A DNA stretch of 64,000 nucleotides from an uncultured delta proteobacterium (lineage in GTDB: Bacteria; Bdellovibrionota; FAC87; UBA2466): positions 128,001 through 192,000 of the forward strand of contig CAVZSV010000005.1 of NCBI GenBank assembly GCA_963778115.1. Reading direction: 5' to 3'. Position 1 is the first letter of the stretch. Every line of letters begins with the position of its first letter. This document shows positions 1-8,636 of the stretch, in pieces. A model generated the notes under the pieces. That model was given only the letters and a program-made list of their open reading frames with translations. It had not been told where the DNA came from and did not search any database. The position numbers were made by a program, and so were the translations under genes.

Positions 1-809
1 GAATAGCGGTACCGATAATCGACGCCCAACTTCATTCCAATCCCCGACTTAGCGAAATAGGAGGGCGTTAGCGTGAGATCTTCCCAAGGAGCCAAAACCA
101 AGAAGTAGGGTAGGGATACCCCGCTTCCCAAATCATCGGAATAGCTAAAGGTCGGTGTTAATAGGCCGCTTTGACGCTGGGTCTTTACGGGAGCGATGAA
201 ATACGGCAAGTAAAGTGCCGGAATTCCCTTCATGTAAATTAAAGCGTCCGTGACATGAACATACTCCTCCATCGTAATGGAGAAATGTCTTCCGTAGAGT
301 TTCCAATCGAGATCGCATTTGCCTATGGAAGGATCCCTAACCAGATCGACGTTACAGTTGGAATAACTTCCATTATCAATTTCAAAATGGCGTAGGTCCA
401 GCCTTCTAGCCGTGCTTCCCGTAAAGACAACGGTTCCGCTGACCAGAGTCAGATTTTCAAAACTGGAGTCTTCCCCTTCGATACTGAAATCGGCGTGGGA
501 GCACCACATTTCAATATCTCCGTCTTTGATATGCACGTTGCCCGAAGCCGTTCCCCGCTTGATTTGGAAGTCGACTTCGATTTCATCCGCCCAAACTTGC
601 TTGGTTCCTTTTTTCATCCAAGCGTTGCCTTGTCCGCGAAGGGTGTTGGCCTGGAGATCTCTTTGAAAATGGTCCGCCTTGAAAGGGATATCTCTGAGGA
701 CTTCGCCATAGGATAGGGGGGATAGCAACGAGAGCAATGCAAAAAAAGCAAAGACCAGGACAGCGGACCGCGCCCGAACCGGAGCTCGAAATGGTGGCAA
801 CTCTCGCAT
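1..809 (-). CDS. lptD: LPS-assembly protein LptD, N-terminal part (runs off the left edge)
   Basis: Not in the ORF track; translated by hand from the ATG at 809. Signal peptide, then OstA-like beta-jellyroll (VWADEIEVDFQIKRGTASGNVHI), GSYSNC, PALYLPYFIAPVKTQRQSGLLTP and LPYFLVLAPWEDLTLTPSYF..G..LGVDYRY, all typical of LptD. Confidence 0.88.
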   Translation of the reverse strand, partial: MRELPPFRAPVRARSAVLVFAFFALLSLLSPLSYGEVLRDIPFKADHFQRDLQANTLRGQGNAWMKKGTKQVWADEIEVDFQIKRGTASGNVHIKDGDIEMWCSHADFSIEGEDSSFENLTLVSGTVVFTGSTARRLDLRHFEIDNGSYSNCNVDLVRDPSIGKCDLDWKLYGRHFSITMEEYVHVTDALIYMKGIPALYLPYFIAPVKTQRQSGLLTPTFSYSDDLGSGVSLPYFLVLAPWEDLTLTPSYFAKSGIGMKLGVDYRYRY

Positions 810-885
810 AAAGGGGACAAAAATAACCTGATGAATTGCCTTCCGTAAAGCTATCCTACGGGCAAACCAAGGAATTAGATGAAAA

Positions 886-915
886 TGAAGTAATCCCTTG
901 AAATTATGCCGATAG
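886..915 (+). promoter_or_regulatory. Candidate sigma28 (FliA) promoter
   Basis: TGAAG-N17-GCCGATAG ending 23 nt before the ATG at 939. The -10 is nearly consensus (GCCGATAA); the -35 and spacing are weak. Confidence 0.3.
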
Positions 916-938
916 CTTCCTAAACTCCAGGGTTTAAT

Positions 939-1700
939 ATGGAATCAGAAATGAGAAGGCCTTTAGTCAATCCCGTGGCGTTGCAAAACTGTGTCGTAAA
1001 GTACGGTGATGCCGTCGCCAATGTACTTGATATCTCTTTTGTGAGGCTGGTGATTTCACCCCTTCCCGAGGGGCTAGAGATAGCCGAAGTGGCCTTTCCA
1101 TTAGAGTTCCATCTGGATCGTTTCCAATTTCTAGCTCGCGTGAGCATTCAGGGGCACGGAGAGTCCTGGACCCGCTTGGGATTTGAAAAGATTCTCCATA
1201 GTGCCGGGGCTCACCTAAGATCTTTTCTGTCTCCCAAGCGGATCGGGGAGTCCATTATTGAGGACTGGAGATCGGATCAAATTCGCCATTACCACGGGCT
1301 CAATGAAAGCGAATTATGGTTCGATCAGAATGGGTCGATGCTGTTTTCTTACCTAGATAGCGTCGATCATACGGCCCAGTTCATTATCAGTATGTCGGAT
1401 GTTAGAGGACCCCTAAAAGTGGGAAAACTGCCCCGCAAAGACTATATCGAGCTGGGTAATGTAGAGCAGGAGCTACCGCTAATTCCGCTTTCTGATCGCG
1501 ATACTTACGCAAAGCTTGGAGAGTGTAGGGATGTGGTGACGAATTTCAGGCCCACCGGGCAAATGGAATACAATCTAAAACAGCGTCTGCTCAAAGTGAT
1601 TAGCGAACATCTGTATTCGACCAGTCGAAAGGTGGAGATGGCGCAGCCGCGTCCATCACGTCCCACGGTTTCGCTTCCCGCGGAAAATCCCATATCTTAA
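939..1700 (+). CDS. Degenerate PilZ-like protein with C-terminal extension
   Basis: N-terminal RRP, LDISFVRL (DxSxxG-like) and a beta-rich region ending RLGFEKI. C-terminal part resembles the 46786..47523 protein. Confidence 0.5.
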   Translation: MESEMRRPLVNPVALQNCVVKYGDAVANVLDISFVRLVISPLPEGLEIAEVAFPLEFHLDRFQFLARVSIQGHGESWTRLGFEKILHSAGAHLRSFLSPKRIGESIIEDWRSDQIRHYHGLNESELWFDQNGSMLFSYLDSVDHTAQFIISMSDVRGPLKVGKLPRKDYIELGNVEQELPLIPLSDRDTYAKLGECRDVVTNFRPTGQMEYNLKQRLLKVISEHLYSTSRKVEMAQPRPSRPTVSLPAENPIS

Positions 1701-1810
1701 TTTTCCGTCCGAAGTCGCGCTATGCTATGGCGCGCCGCAGTAATGGTTTCCTGCGTCAATATGCAGTAAAATAGAGAAAGTCTCCTAACTCGCCACCAAC
1801 GGAAAAACGA

Positions 1811-2848
1811 TTGTCCAACTTCAAATCACTTAAGGTGTTGGTACTGACTTACCACGATCATGTGCCGCCCGGGCATGTTAGGGGAGCTGACTTAGAGAAA
1901 GCGCAGTGGAAGTTGGAATATGAGGTTATCCACACGTTAGAGGACATGAACCAAGAGGTGAGGGTTTTGGGGGTCAACGAAGATTTAGCAGTTATTCCCA
2001 AAGCCATTGCCGATTTTAAACCCCATATTGCTTTTAATCTTCTCGACGAATTTCAAGGCAAAGCGGCTTTGGATCACAACGTGATTAGTTACTTAGAATT
2101 GCTGGGACTTCCTTATACCGGCTGTAACGCTCGGGGACTGATACTCTCCCGCGATAAGGCTTTGACCAAAAAATTATTGGCCTACCACAAAATTCAGGTT
2201 CCTGAGTTTATGGTTTTTCCCCAAAGTAGAAAGGTGAGACTTCCCGCCTCCATGGCCTATCCTCTTTTCGTGAAATCACTTATCGAAGATGGCTCCCAAG
2301 GGATTTCCCAATCGTGCATCGTGTACGACGAAAAGCATCTTGAAGAACGGGTGAGTTTTATTCACCAGAATGTCGGCACCGACGCGATTGTAGAGACTTA
2401 CATTGAGGGTAGGGAGCTGTATGTGGGGGTGGTGGGGAATTCTCGTCTGGAGGTCTTGCCGGTTTGGGAGCTATTTTTTAATAAAACCCCGGATGAAGTG
2501 CATCGCATCGCCACGGCTAGGGTGAAATGGAACCCTACGTACCGAAAAAAATACGGTATTAAAACGGGAGAAGCTAAGGGTTTAGACTCGACGCTAGAGC
2601 AGAAGATCCAAGAGATTTGCCGCGAAGCTTATCGCATCAACGGTATTAGTGGTTACGCGCGAATGGATCTTAGACTTACCAAAGACAACCAAGTGTATTT
2701 CATCGAGGCCAATCCAAATCCTCATATCGGCAAAGACGAAGAGCTAGCGGAGTCTGCCCGCGCTTCGGGTAAGAGCTATGAAGAACTCTTGTGGAAAATT
2801 CTAAGACTCGGATTGAACTGGGAATCTGGGCAATTGCAGGTCGCCTAA
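1811..2848 (+). CDS. D-Ala-D-Ala-ligase-like ATP-grasp enzyme (non-canonical subfamily)
   Basis: LELLGLPYTG, DKALTKKLL, PLFVKS..EDGSQGI, ETYIEGRELYV, GYARMDLRL, FIEANPNP. Lacks the YDY..KY loop and EVNTxPG of cell-wall Ddl. Confidence 0.85.
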   Translation: MSNFKSLKVLVLTYHDHVPPGHVRGADLEKAQWKLEYEVIHTLEDMNQEVRVLGVNEDLAVIPKAIADFKPHIAFNLLDEFQGKAALDHNVISYLELLGLPYTGCNARGLILSRDKALTKKLLAYHKIQVPEFMVFPQSRKVRLPASMAYPLFVKSLIEDGSQGISQSCIVYDEKHLEERVSFIHQNVGTDAIVETYIEGRELYVGVVGNSRLEVLPVWELFFNKTPDEVHRIATARVKWNPTYRKKYGIKTGEAKGLDSTLEQKIQEICREAYRINGISGYARMDLRLTKDNQVYFIEANPNPHIGKDEELAESARASGKSYEELLWKILRLGLNWESGQLQVA

Positions 2849-2866
2849 ACGGTTAAGGAGTAACAG

Positions 2867-3445
2867 ATGCATCGCAACGGAGTATTGTGTTTGGAAGGAG
2901 ACTGGGAGGAGGGGCTCATTCGTCGAAGAAGCCTGGTTCCCGTCCTGCAGTTGGTAAAAAGCCAGTGGGGCATTCCCTATATTCACCGAACGGCATCCAC
3001 GCGAGATGAATTTCGTTTAGTGATAGAGCAATGGCTAAAGGCCAAATATGCTAACTATCCTATTTTATATTTAGGATTTCATGGAAGTCCCGGTGCTCTT
3101 CACATTGGTCAGGAAGAGATTTCGATTTGTGATTTGGCTGAATTTGCGGATAGGGGGAGAAATCGAATCGTTCACTTCGGAGCGTGCAAAACGCTAAGCG
3201 CTCCTCGTAAGGAGTTAATCCGTTTTCTTAAGATGACTCGCTTTGTGGGTATTTGCGGATTTCGCACGGATATCGACTGGCTCCATTCCTCAGCGCTTGA
3301 AATTATTATTTTAGACGAACTCTCCAAAAGAAAGATTACCGCCGGAAATATGAAGGTGTTTGAAAAGCGCCTAAAAGGAATGGCGGGAAGTTTGACCAGA
3401 GAACTTCAGTTTCAGGTGTGGAATCGTTCGATGTTGGAAGGGTAG
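2867..3445 (+). CDS. DUF6642-like protein with caspase/CHAT-type His-Cys motifs
   Basis: CLEGDW start, ILYLGFHG, IVHFGAC, ICGF..DIDW. Starts 18 nt after the ligase stop, with an AAGGAG RBS. Confidence 0.65.
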   Translation: MHRNGVLCLEGDWEEGLIRRRSLVPVLQLVKSQWGIPYIHRTASTRDEFRLVIEQWLKAKYANYPILYLGFHGSPGALHIGQEEISICDLAEFADRGRNRIVHFGACKTLSAPRKELIRFLKMTRFVGICGFRTDIDWLHSSALEIIILDELSKRKITAGNMKVFEKRLKGMAGSLTRELQFQVWNRSMLEG

Positions 3446-3457
3446 CTCACGCTAACT

Positions 3458-3721
3458 TTATGGATTTTGCGGTAGCGGAATCGTCGGTGTGTAGTTCCAC
3501 TGATTCGCCGGGGGTTGGAAGCTCGGAAGCGGGCCTGGATCGGGGGTGAAGTTAGGAACACAGACACTGTCTTCGTAAACGGTCCCGTCGGGATTTGCGC
3601 GCAACTCCCTTGCCCAGGTTCCGTTATTACAATCGGCACATCCCCCCAGAAATCCCAAAAAGAAAAATCCCCAAAACAGAGATCCCAAAAATGACATCGT
3701 TATCGCTAAGTTTGTTTTCAC
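3458..3721 (-). CDS. Small putative lipoprotein
   Basis: Hydrophobic leader ending LGGC, two further Cys and a Pro-rich tail. Confidence 0.5.
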   Translation of the reverse strand: MKTNLAITMSFLGSLFWGFFFLGFLGGCADCNNGTWARELRANPDGTVYEDSVCVPNFTPDPGPLPSFQPPANQWNYTPTIPLPQNP

Positions 3722-3792
3722 GGGAGCCCTTTATATAGGAACACCCAAAAGCAATCAATACCCTCTATCCACCTGCGCACTTCGTTTGCTAA

Positions 3793-3809
3793 TGTCTGAC
3801 TTTTTGACA
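3793..3809. promoter_or_regulatory. Candidate enhancer (sigma54-activator) site TGTC-N9-GACA
   Basis: TGTCTGACTTTTTGACA about 128 bp upstream of the -24 element at 3937; same geometry as at 9375-9391. Confidence 0.45.
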
Positions 3810-3935
3810 CCTCTCCGTTTTTCGTCCCCAAAGGGGGCGAAACTATTGAAAAATCCTAGTTGCCCCGGTCCAAATGCCCCTCGTTTTTTCGTTCTAACCC
3901 CATTAAAGCGTTAGCGAATTAGGCTCACCAGAGTT

Positions 3936-3951
3936 GGGCTTTGGTCTTGCA
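3936..3951 (+). promoter_or_regulatory. Candidate sigma54 -24/-12 promoter
   Basis: GGGCTTTGGTCTTGCA has GG-N10-GC with TTGCA, about 56 nt before the ATG at 4008. Confidence 0.5.
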
Positions 3952-4007
3952 CTATCTTGAAGTAGCAGAAGTGGTTCTTCAACGGTACGTATTAGGGGAA
4001 GTTGCTG

Positions 4008-5534
4008 ATGAGAAACGTGAATGTCGCTTTGGTATGGGTAGCCTTGGCCTTGGGTCCCTTGTCGAACATCAAGACAGTCCGAGCAGAGTCTCAGGCTGAT
4101 CATAGTGCGAGTGGTTCCGAGAAATCTGACTCGGACGACTCTAGCGCCCAAGTAGAGCAGGCTAAGGCCAGGATCGTGGCTACGAAGCCTTCGATTAGGC
4201 CTTTGACCGAAATTTTAGGAGGATGGCAACCGAGTATGACTTCAGATCGATTCAATAGCTTGATGGATAAGACCCGCGGGCTTTCTGACGATCAGAGAAC
4301 TGCCCTGCAACAGAGTTTTCAGCAATTGGGTCCAGAGAACTTTCAAAGAGCGGTTTTACAAGCGCTTCCGGAAATTAGTCCGCCCCAACAAGCTCCCGAT
4401 GGAACGACAACGGGGGGAGCTCCTGGAGGGCCCGCTCCGGGAACGGCCGCGGCGGCTCAAGATCCCGACTTAGCCAAATTATTGGAACAAGCCAAAGCCC
4501 TCAAAGAAAAACAAGGGGGACAAGGGGCAGATCCTCTTACCCAAGCGTTATTGGGAAAAGCTTTGCGCGGAGAAAAAGAAGGACAAGGCCAGGGGGGTGG
4601 CGGCCCCCAAGGCGGACCTCCCCCCAATGCAGGGGGAAATCAGGGCGGCAGTCCTTCGGGTAGCGGGCAGGATAAAGGCAAGAAACACGATACGCCTGAC
4701 AAGAACGCCAATAACAACAACAATCGCAATCAGAACAATTATCCGCAGAACTTAAATCAGAATGGGAATAACACTCAGGCCTCCAATAGCAAAGATGAGG
4801 AGAAAGACTCAGAAGACAAGAAGCCCTCCCTCTCCGATTTTTCAAGTCTGGGTGATAGCTTGGGAAAAAGTTCCACCAAAGAGAAGCCAGACATCAGTAA
4901 GCAGTTGGCCGATTTGCAAGCAGCAGCCGATGACAACTCCGGTGGTGGCGGCGGTCGAGGGCGATATCGAGGGAATTCGGGCCCTAGGAGTCAACTCCAA
5001 CCCATCAAAGGTGGGTTTTCCAGACAGGATAACTTCGCCGGTGGCGGATTCGGTGGTGGTGGCGGCGGTGGCGGTGGTGGTGGATTTGGCGGCGCACCTA
5101 TTAGAGGGGGCGGCGGCGGTGGTGGCGGTGGCGGAGATATGAATCTCGCCGGAATGAGATTTGACGATGGCGGCGGTTATTACGGAGGCACTCCTATTTT
5201 TGAAAAGGGGGGAATTTTTGGATCGGATGTCGCCAATGCCGGATCTTTGCAGCAGGGCGATGCTAACGGAGATGGAGATGGCAACGATCAAAGTGATATC
5301 TATGTCGTGAAGCACCCTTCGGCGTCACTGCAAGTGACGTTGGGAGATGCGAATTCAGCGCCAGGAAGCATTTTAGATAAATTCGCGAATCAGAAGCTCA
5401 CCAAGCAAGTGTGTGCGACTTCGCGTCCTGGGCAGTTTGATTATTGTCGTCAAAAGACACTTAGAGGAATTACGGGGAGAGATCAGGACAATTTTTCTGT
5501 GATCTCAGGCTCAGGGTTTGAAAATAACATTTAA
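4008..5534 (+). CDS. Secreted Gly/Asn/Gln-rich low-complexity hypothetical protein
   Basis: Sec-type signal (..TVRA), helical N-domain, poly-Gly and Asn tracts, C-terminal Cys pair. Confidence 0.8.
   Translation: MRNVNVALVWVALALGPLSNIKTVRAESQADHSASGSEKSDSDDSSAQVEQAKARIVATKPSIRPLTEILGGWQPSMTSDRFNSLMDKTRGLSDDQRTALQQSFQQLGPENFQRAVLQALPEISPPQQAPDGTTTGGAPGGPAPGTAAAAQDPDLAKLLEQAKALKEKQGGQGADPLTQALLGKALRGEKEGQGQGGGGPQGGPPPNAGGNQGGSPSGSGQDKGKKHDTPDKNANNNNNRNQNNYPQNLNQNGNNTQASNSKDEEKDSEDKKPSLSDFSSLGDSLGKSSTKEKPDISKQLADLQAAADDNSGGGGGRGRYRGNSGPRSQLQPIKGGFSRQDNFAGGGFGGGGGGGGGGGFGGAPIRGGGGGGGGGGDMNLAGMRFDDGGGYYGGTPIFEKGGIFGSDVANAGSLQQGDANGDGDGNDQSDIYVVKHPSASLQVTLGDANSAPGSILDKFANQKLTKQVCATSRPGQFDYCRQKTLRGITGRDQDNFSVISGSGFENNI
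5038..5136 (+). repeat. (GGC/GGT)n poly-glycine coding microsatellite
   Basis: Runs of ggtggc/ggcggt encoding GGGFGGGGGGGGGGGFGG..GGGGGGGGGG. Confidence 0.8.
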
Positions 5535-5571
5535 TAGGGAACAGGTAGTTTTTTAACTAAGGATAGGCAAC

Positions 5572-6780
5572 ATGAATAGAACGCTAAAGTTAGTCATCAG
5601 CATGTCCCTTATGTATTCTGCAAGTCTCTCTTTTGGAGAGACCGGAGGCTATACGATCCCGGATCCTATTCAAAGCCCTCCGCCCCTCGATAATTCTCAA
5701 ACCGATTTTCAGAGCCAAGCGCAGCAAAACACGCAAGCAGCGCAAATGGGGGCTCAGCAGATGAATGCGCAACAGTCGGGACTCGTGCAAGGAGGTCTCA
5801 ATCAGGCGTTCGCCGCCCAAGGTCCCCAAACCCAATTGCAATCGGATACTCAGAGCATCGATCGAAGACAGAATTTTAACCAATCAGGCAATCTCAGTAA
5901 TTCAGGCGCCGGAGCTGCCGGAACGGCGGGCGGAGTTCTGACTGGTCTTGGAGTTCCTATGTTACTCAGTCCCGATTTGCCCACACAAATTGCCGGTGCC
6001 ATGCTTCTTGCGGATGCCGCCCAGGAGTTTGCTCAGATGGGAGCGAGTAACAATGCGGGAAATCAGAACAACGGGATCGCAAATCAACTCTCTCAACCTA
6101 ATGGAAATGGAACGGCCGCGACCGGTACGAGTACTCCTGCTTCAGCCAGTAACTACATCGATCAAAAGACCAAAGATGCCCTTAACCAAGCAGGCATCAA
6201 TCCGGATGATTTCGCCCAAAAATTGTCGAACGGTAATCTTAGTTCGAACGACTTATTATCTCAGTACGCGGGAAATCCCACGGTAACTCCTGAGGCCCAG
6301 CAGGCCGCGGACTCCATGGTGAATAATACGCTTGCTACTATTCCTCAACCCGATCCCTCGAAAGCGCTTATTTTGGATGATAGCAATCCAGTACAAACGG
6401 TGGGTGCCGGCGGATCGCTCATGCGATCTCCCGCTAGCGGACTTAGTGGTGCTCCGCCCGCTTCTACGGTTGCCGAAGGTAGCGGCAATCTTGCTAGCTC
6501 TGGCCATACCATCGGCGCTAAGGGAAACGAAGCGGCCGCCAATCCGGTTGCCGCCGAGTTGGGACTTACGGGCCTCAGTGATTCTGCGATTAGAGGCTGG
6601 GTTTCCAGTGCAGCTCCCACGCAAGTCGCTGACTTCGGCCCCCGTGCCTTTCTCTCCAGCGGGTTGGCACAGGTTGGGGTGGCGGTTCGTCCCAAAGGGG
6701 AGAGTATCTTTCAGGTCGCCCATCACCAGTTCCGCTCTTTCGGACGGTGGAGAAAACAAGATCGCGTAGCGCAGAACTAA
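5572..6780 (+). CDS. Secreted Ala/Gln/Gly-rich hypothetical protein with a hydrophobic hairpin
   Basis: Signal peptide; GAGAAGTAGGVLTGLGVPMLL..IAGAMLLA segment; RSPAS motif; C-terminal GESIFQVAHHQF. Confidence 0.8.
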   Translation: MNRTLKLVISMSLMYSASLSFGETGGYTIPDPIQSPPPLDNSQTDFQSQAQQNTQAAQMGAQQMNAQQSGLVQGGLNQAFAAQGPQTQLQSDTQSIDRRQNFNQSGNLSNSGAGAAGTAGGVLTGLGVPMLLSPDLPTQIAGAMLLADAAQEFAQMGASNNAGNQNNGIANQLSQPNGNGTAATGTSTPASASNYIDQKTKDALNQAGINPDDFAQKLSNGNLSSNDLLSQYAGNPTVTPEAQQAADSMVNNTLATIPQPDPSKALILDDSNPVQTVGAGGSLMRSPASGLSGAPPASTVAEGSGNLASSGHTIGAKGNEAAANPVAAELGLTGLSDSAIRGWVSSAAPTQVADFGPRAFLSSGLAQVGVAVRPKGESIFQVAHHQFRSFGRWRKQDRVAQN

Positions 6781-6821
6781 AGATAGCGTCGGCTCTCGTC
6801 CTTCTGCATCAACCTTCTGTT

Positions 6822-6849
6822 TCAAGCATTTATTGAGGAATACCGAAGA
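6822..6849 (+). promoter_or_regulatory. Candidate sigma28 promoter
   Basis: TCAAG-N15-ACCGAAGA immediately before the subtilase start. Confidence 0.35.
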
Positions 6850-6857
6850 CTTTATTG

Positions 6858-8636
6858 ATGCGTCTTCGACACTCCCTTGTCATTCAGGCCATGCTGGCTT
6901 TGACGCTCTTCTGCGCCAGGGGCTTAAGCTCCACTCAAAAAAACGAGGGTGGTAATGGCGAATGGATCTTCAAGTTGCAACGCGAAGCGTCCCATTCGTT
7001 GTTCCAGAGTCACCTCGGTCGATTAAAACTTGTGAAATTTTTTGGACCTGACCAAGCCTTTGCGCTGATAAAGGGGAGGGCCGATCTTATCCCTCTGCCC
7101 GAAATGGTTCTCTACCGTCAGCCGAACTATCGCTATACGTCGTTGGATCAAAACCCCACGGATCCTGATCTAGCCAAGTGTTGGGCGTTGGACAACGAAG
7201 CTCAAACCACCCCGACGGGTGAAGTGGGCCTTACCGGAAAAGACATCAGTGCTGTGGCCGCATGGAATCTACAAAGCGACTCTCCCACAGTTACCGTGGC
7301 ATTAGTCGATAGCGGGATCATGACGACTCACGAGGATCTCGCAGGTAACTTGTGGACCAATCCCAAAGAGATTCCCAATAACAATATCGATGATGATGCC
7401 AACGGATTCATTGATGACGTTCACGGCTGGAACTTTGTGGACGGCAATAACGTGGTTGAGGACGATCACGATCATGGAACGATGTGCGCTGGAATCATTG
7501 GAGCTGTTGCTAATAACGGCAAAGGCTCGCGCGGAGTTACGGGCAAAGTGAAACTCATGGCCGTTAAATCTTTAGATGAGAACGGAATGGGAACGACCGC
7601 AAACGCCGTTTCTGCGATTCAATACGCGGTCAACAACGGGGCCCAGATCATCAATGCCAGTTGGGGAGGTACCACTTACAATCAAGCCCTCTCGGACTCC
7701 ATCCAATGGGCCGCGGGGAAAAATGTTTTGTTTATAGCGGCTGCTGGAAACGACGGCGTAAATAATGACGCCGGAAGTTCCGTTGCTACTTATCCTGCAA
7801 CCTATGCCTTGCCCAATGTCATCTCAGTATCGGCCTACGACAATCGCGACCAATTGGCGTCATGGTCCAATTATGGCAAGACGACAGTGAGCCTCGGTGC
7901 TCCCGGGGTTCAGATCTATTCGACCAGTACCACGGGATACCGGTACGGCGATGGGACCTCCTTTTCCGCTCCTTACGTCTCCGGAGCTGCGGCGTTGCTC
8001 CTTGCCTATGCGCCTTCGCTTTCGGCGATTCAGATTAAAGAGAGACTCTTGATGACTTCGGATGTGATCGATTACTACCAAAAAGAGAAATCGGTAACGG
8101 CAGGAAGACTAAACGCTTTGCACGCACTAGAAAATTTTCGTCCCGAAAGGCCCCAAGCTCCTACTTCCTGGGCCCAACAAGCTGACGCTCAGTCAACCGC
8201 ACATCCCTATGCGAACAATACTAATGAGTCGTACACGTTTACTTCACCGGGCGCGACCCATATACGGGTTCATTTTACGAAATTCGAGACCGAAGCGTGC
8301 TGCGACATTGTCGTCGCAAAAGATAATTTGGGAAGAGTGGTAGATACCTATTCCGGAGAATTAGGAGATTTTACAAGTGCTGATGCGCTTGGGGATACGA
8401 TAATTTTGCAGTTTACCAGCGATGCAACAACAACCCAGTATGGATTTGATATCGATTACTATGAAGTCAGTCAGATGCGGGATCTGTGGTGGGACGCTCG
8501 ACGAAATCTCTTAAATCCTTGGACTACTCTTCTGGGCCTCGGGGTGCTCCTCCCGGAGCCGGCCCTTGCGAGACGTCCCCAGGAAGTGCGATCCTTGCGA
8601 TCACCCTTTCAAAGATTAGCACCAAACTTAAATTGA
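6858..8636 (+). CDS. S8 subtilisin-like serine protease with C-terminal CUB-like domain
   Basis: Triad motifs VALVDSG, HDHGTMCAG and GTSFSAP, plus AAAGND. CUB-like HPYANN..IRVHF..FETE.CCD..FTSD..GF. Signal peptide present. Confidence 0.93.
   Translation: MRLRHSLVIQAMLALTLFCARGLSSTQKNEGGNGEWIFKLQREASHSLFQSHLGRLKLVKFFGPDQAFALIKGRADLIPLPEMVLYRQPNYRYTSLDQNPTDPDLAKCWALDNEAQTTPTGEVGLTGKDISAVAAWNLQSDSPTVTVALVDSGIMTTHEDLAGNLWTNPKEIPNNNIDDDANGFIDDVHGWNFVDGNNVVEDDHDHGTMCAGIIGAVANNGKGSRGVTGKVKLMAVKSLDENGMGTTANAVSAIQYAVNNGAQIINASWGGTTYNQALSDSIQWAAGKNVLFIAAAGNDGVNNDAGSSVATYPATYALPNVISVSAYDNRDQLASWSNYGKTTVSLGAPGVQIYSTSTTGYRYGDGTSFSAPYVSGAAALLLAYAPSLSAIQIKERLLMTSDVIDYYQKEKSVTAGRLNALHALENFRPERPQAPTSWAQQADAQSTAHPYANNTNESYTFTSPGATHIRVHFTKFETEACCDIVVAKDNLGRVVDTYSGELGDFTSADALGDTIILQFTSDATTTQYGFDIDYYEVSQMRDLWWDARRNLLNPWTTLLGLGVLLPEPALARRPQEVRSLRSPFQRLAPNLN

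Noticed and set aside
1811..2848. Calling this gene ddl (cell-wall D-Ala-D-Ala ligase) or a van resistance ligase
   Set aside because: The key Ddl loops differ and there is no mur/dcw or van context.
4537..6825. Several long alternative-frame and antisense ORFs (e.g. 4842..5315, 6256..6825, 6332..6769)
   Set aside because: They are shadows of low-complexity, codon-biased genes, without an RBS or recognisable motifs. The same applies to most short overlapping ORFs in the track.
8470..8636. Possible frameshift producing the odd tail of the subtilase that overlaps the convergent gene
   Set aside because: The CUB-like domain is complete before the tail and I could not identify a better alternative frame; left unresolved.
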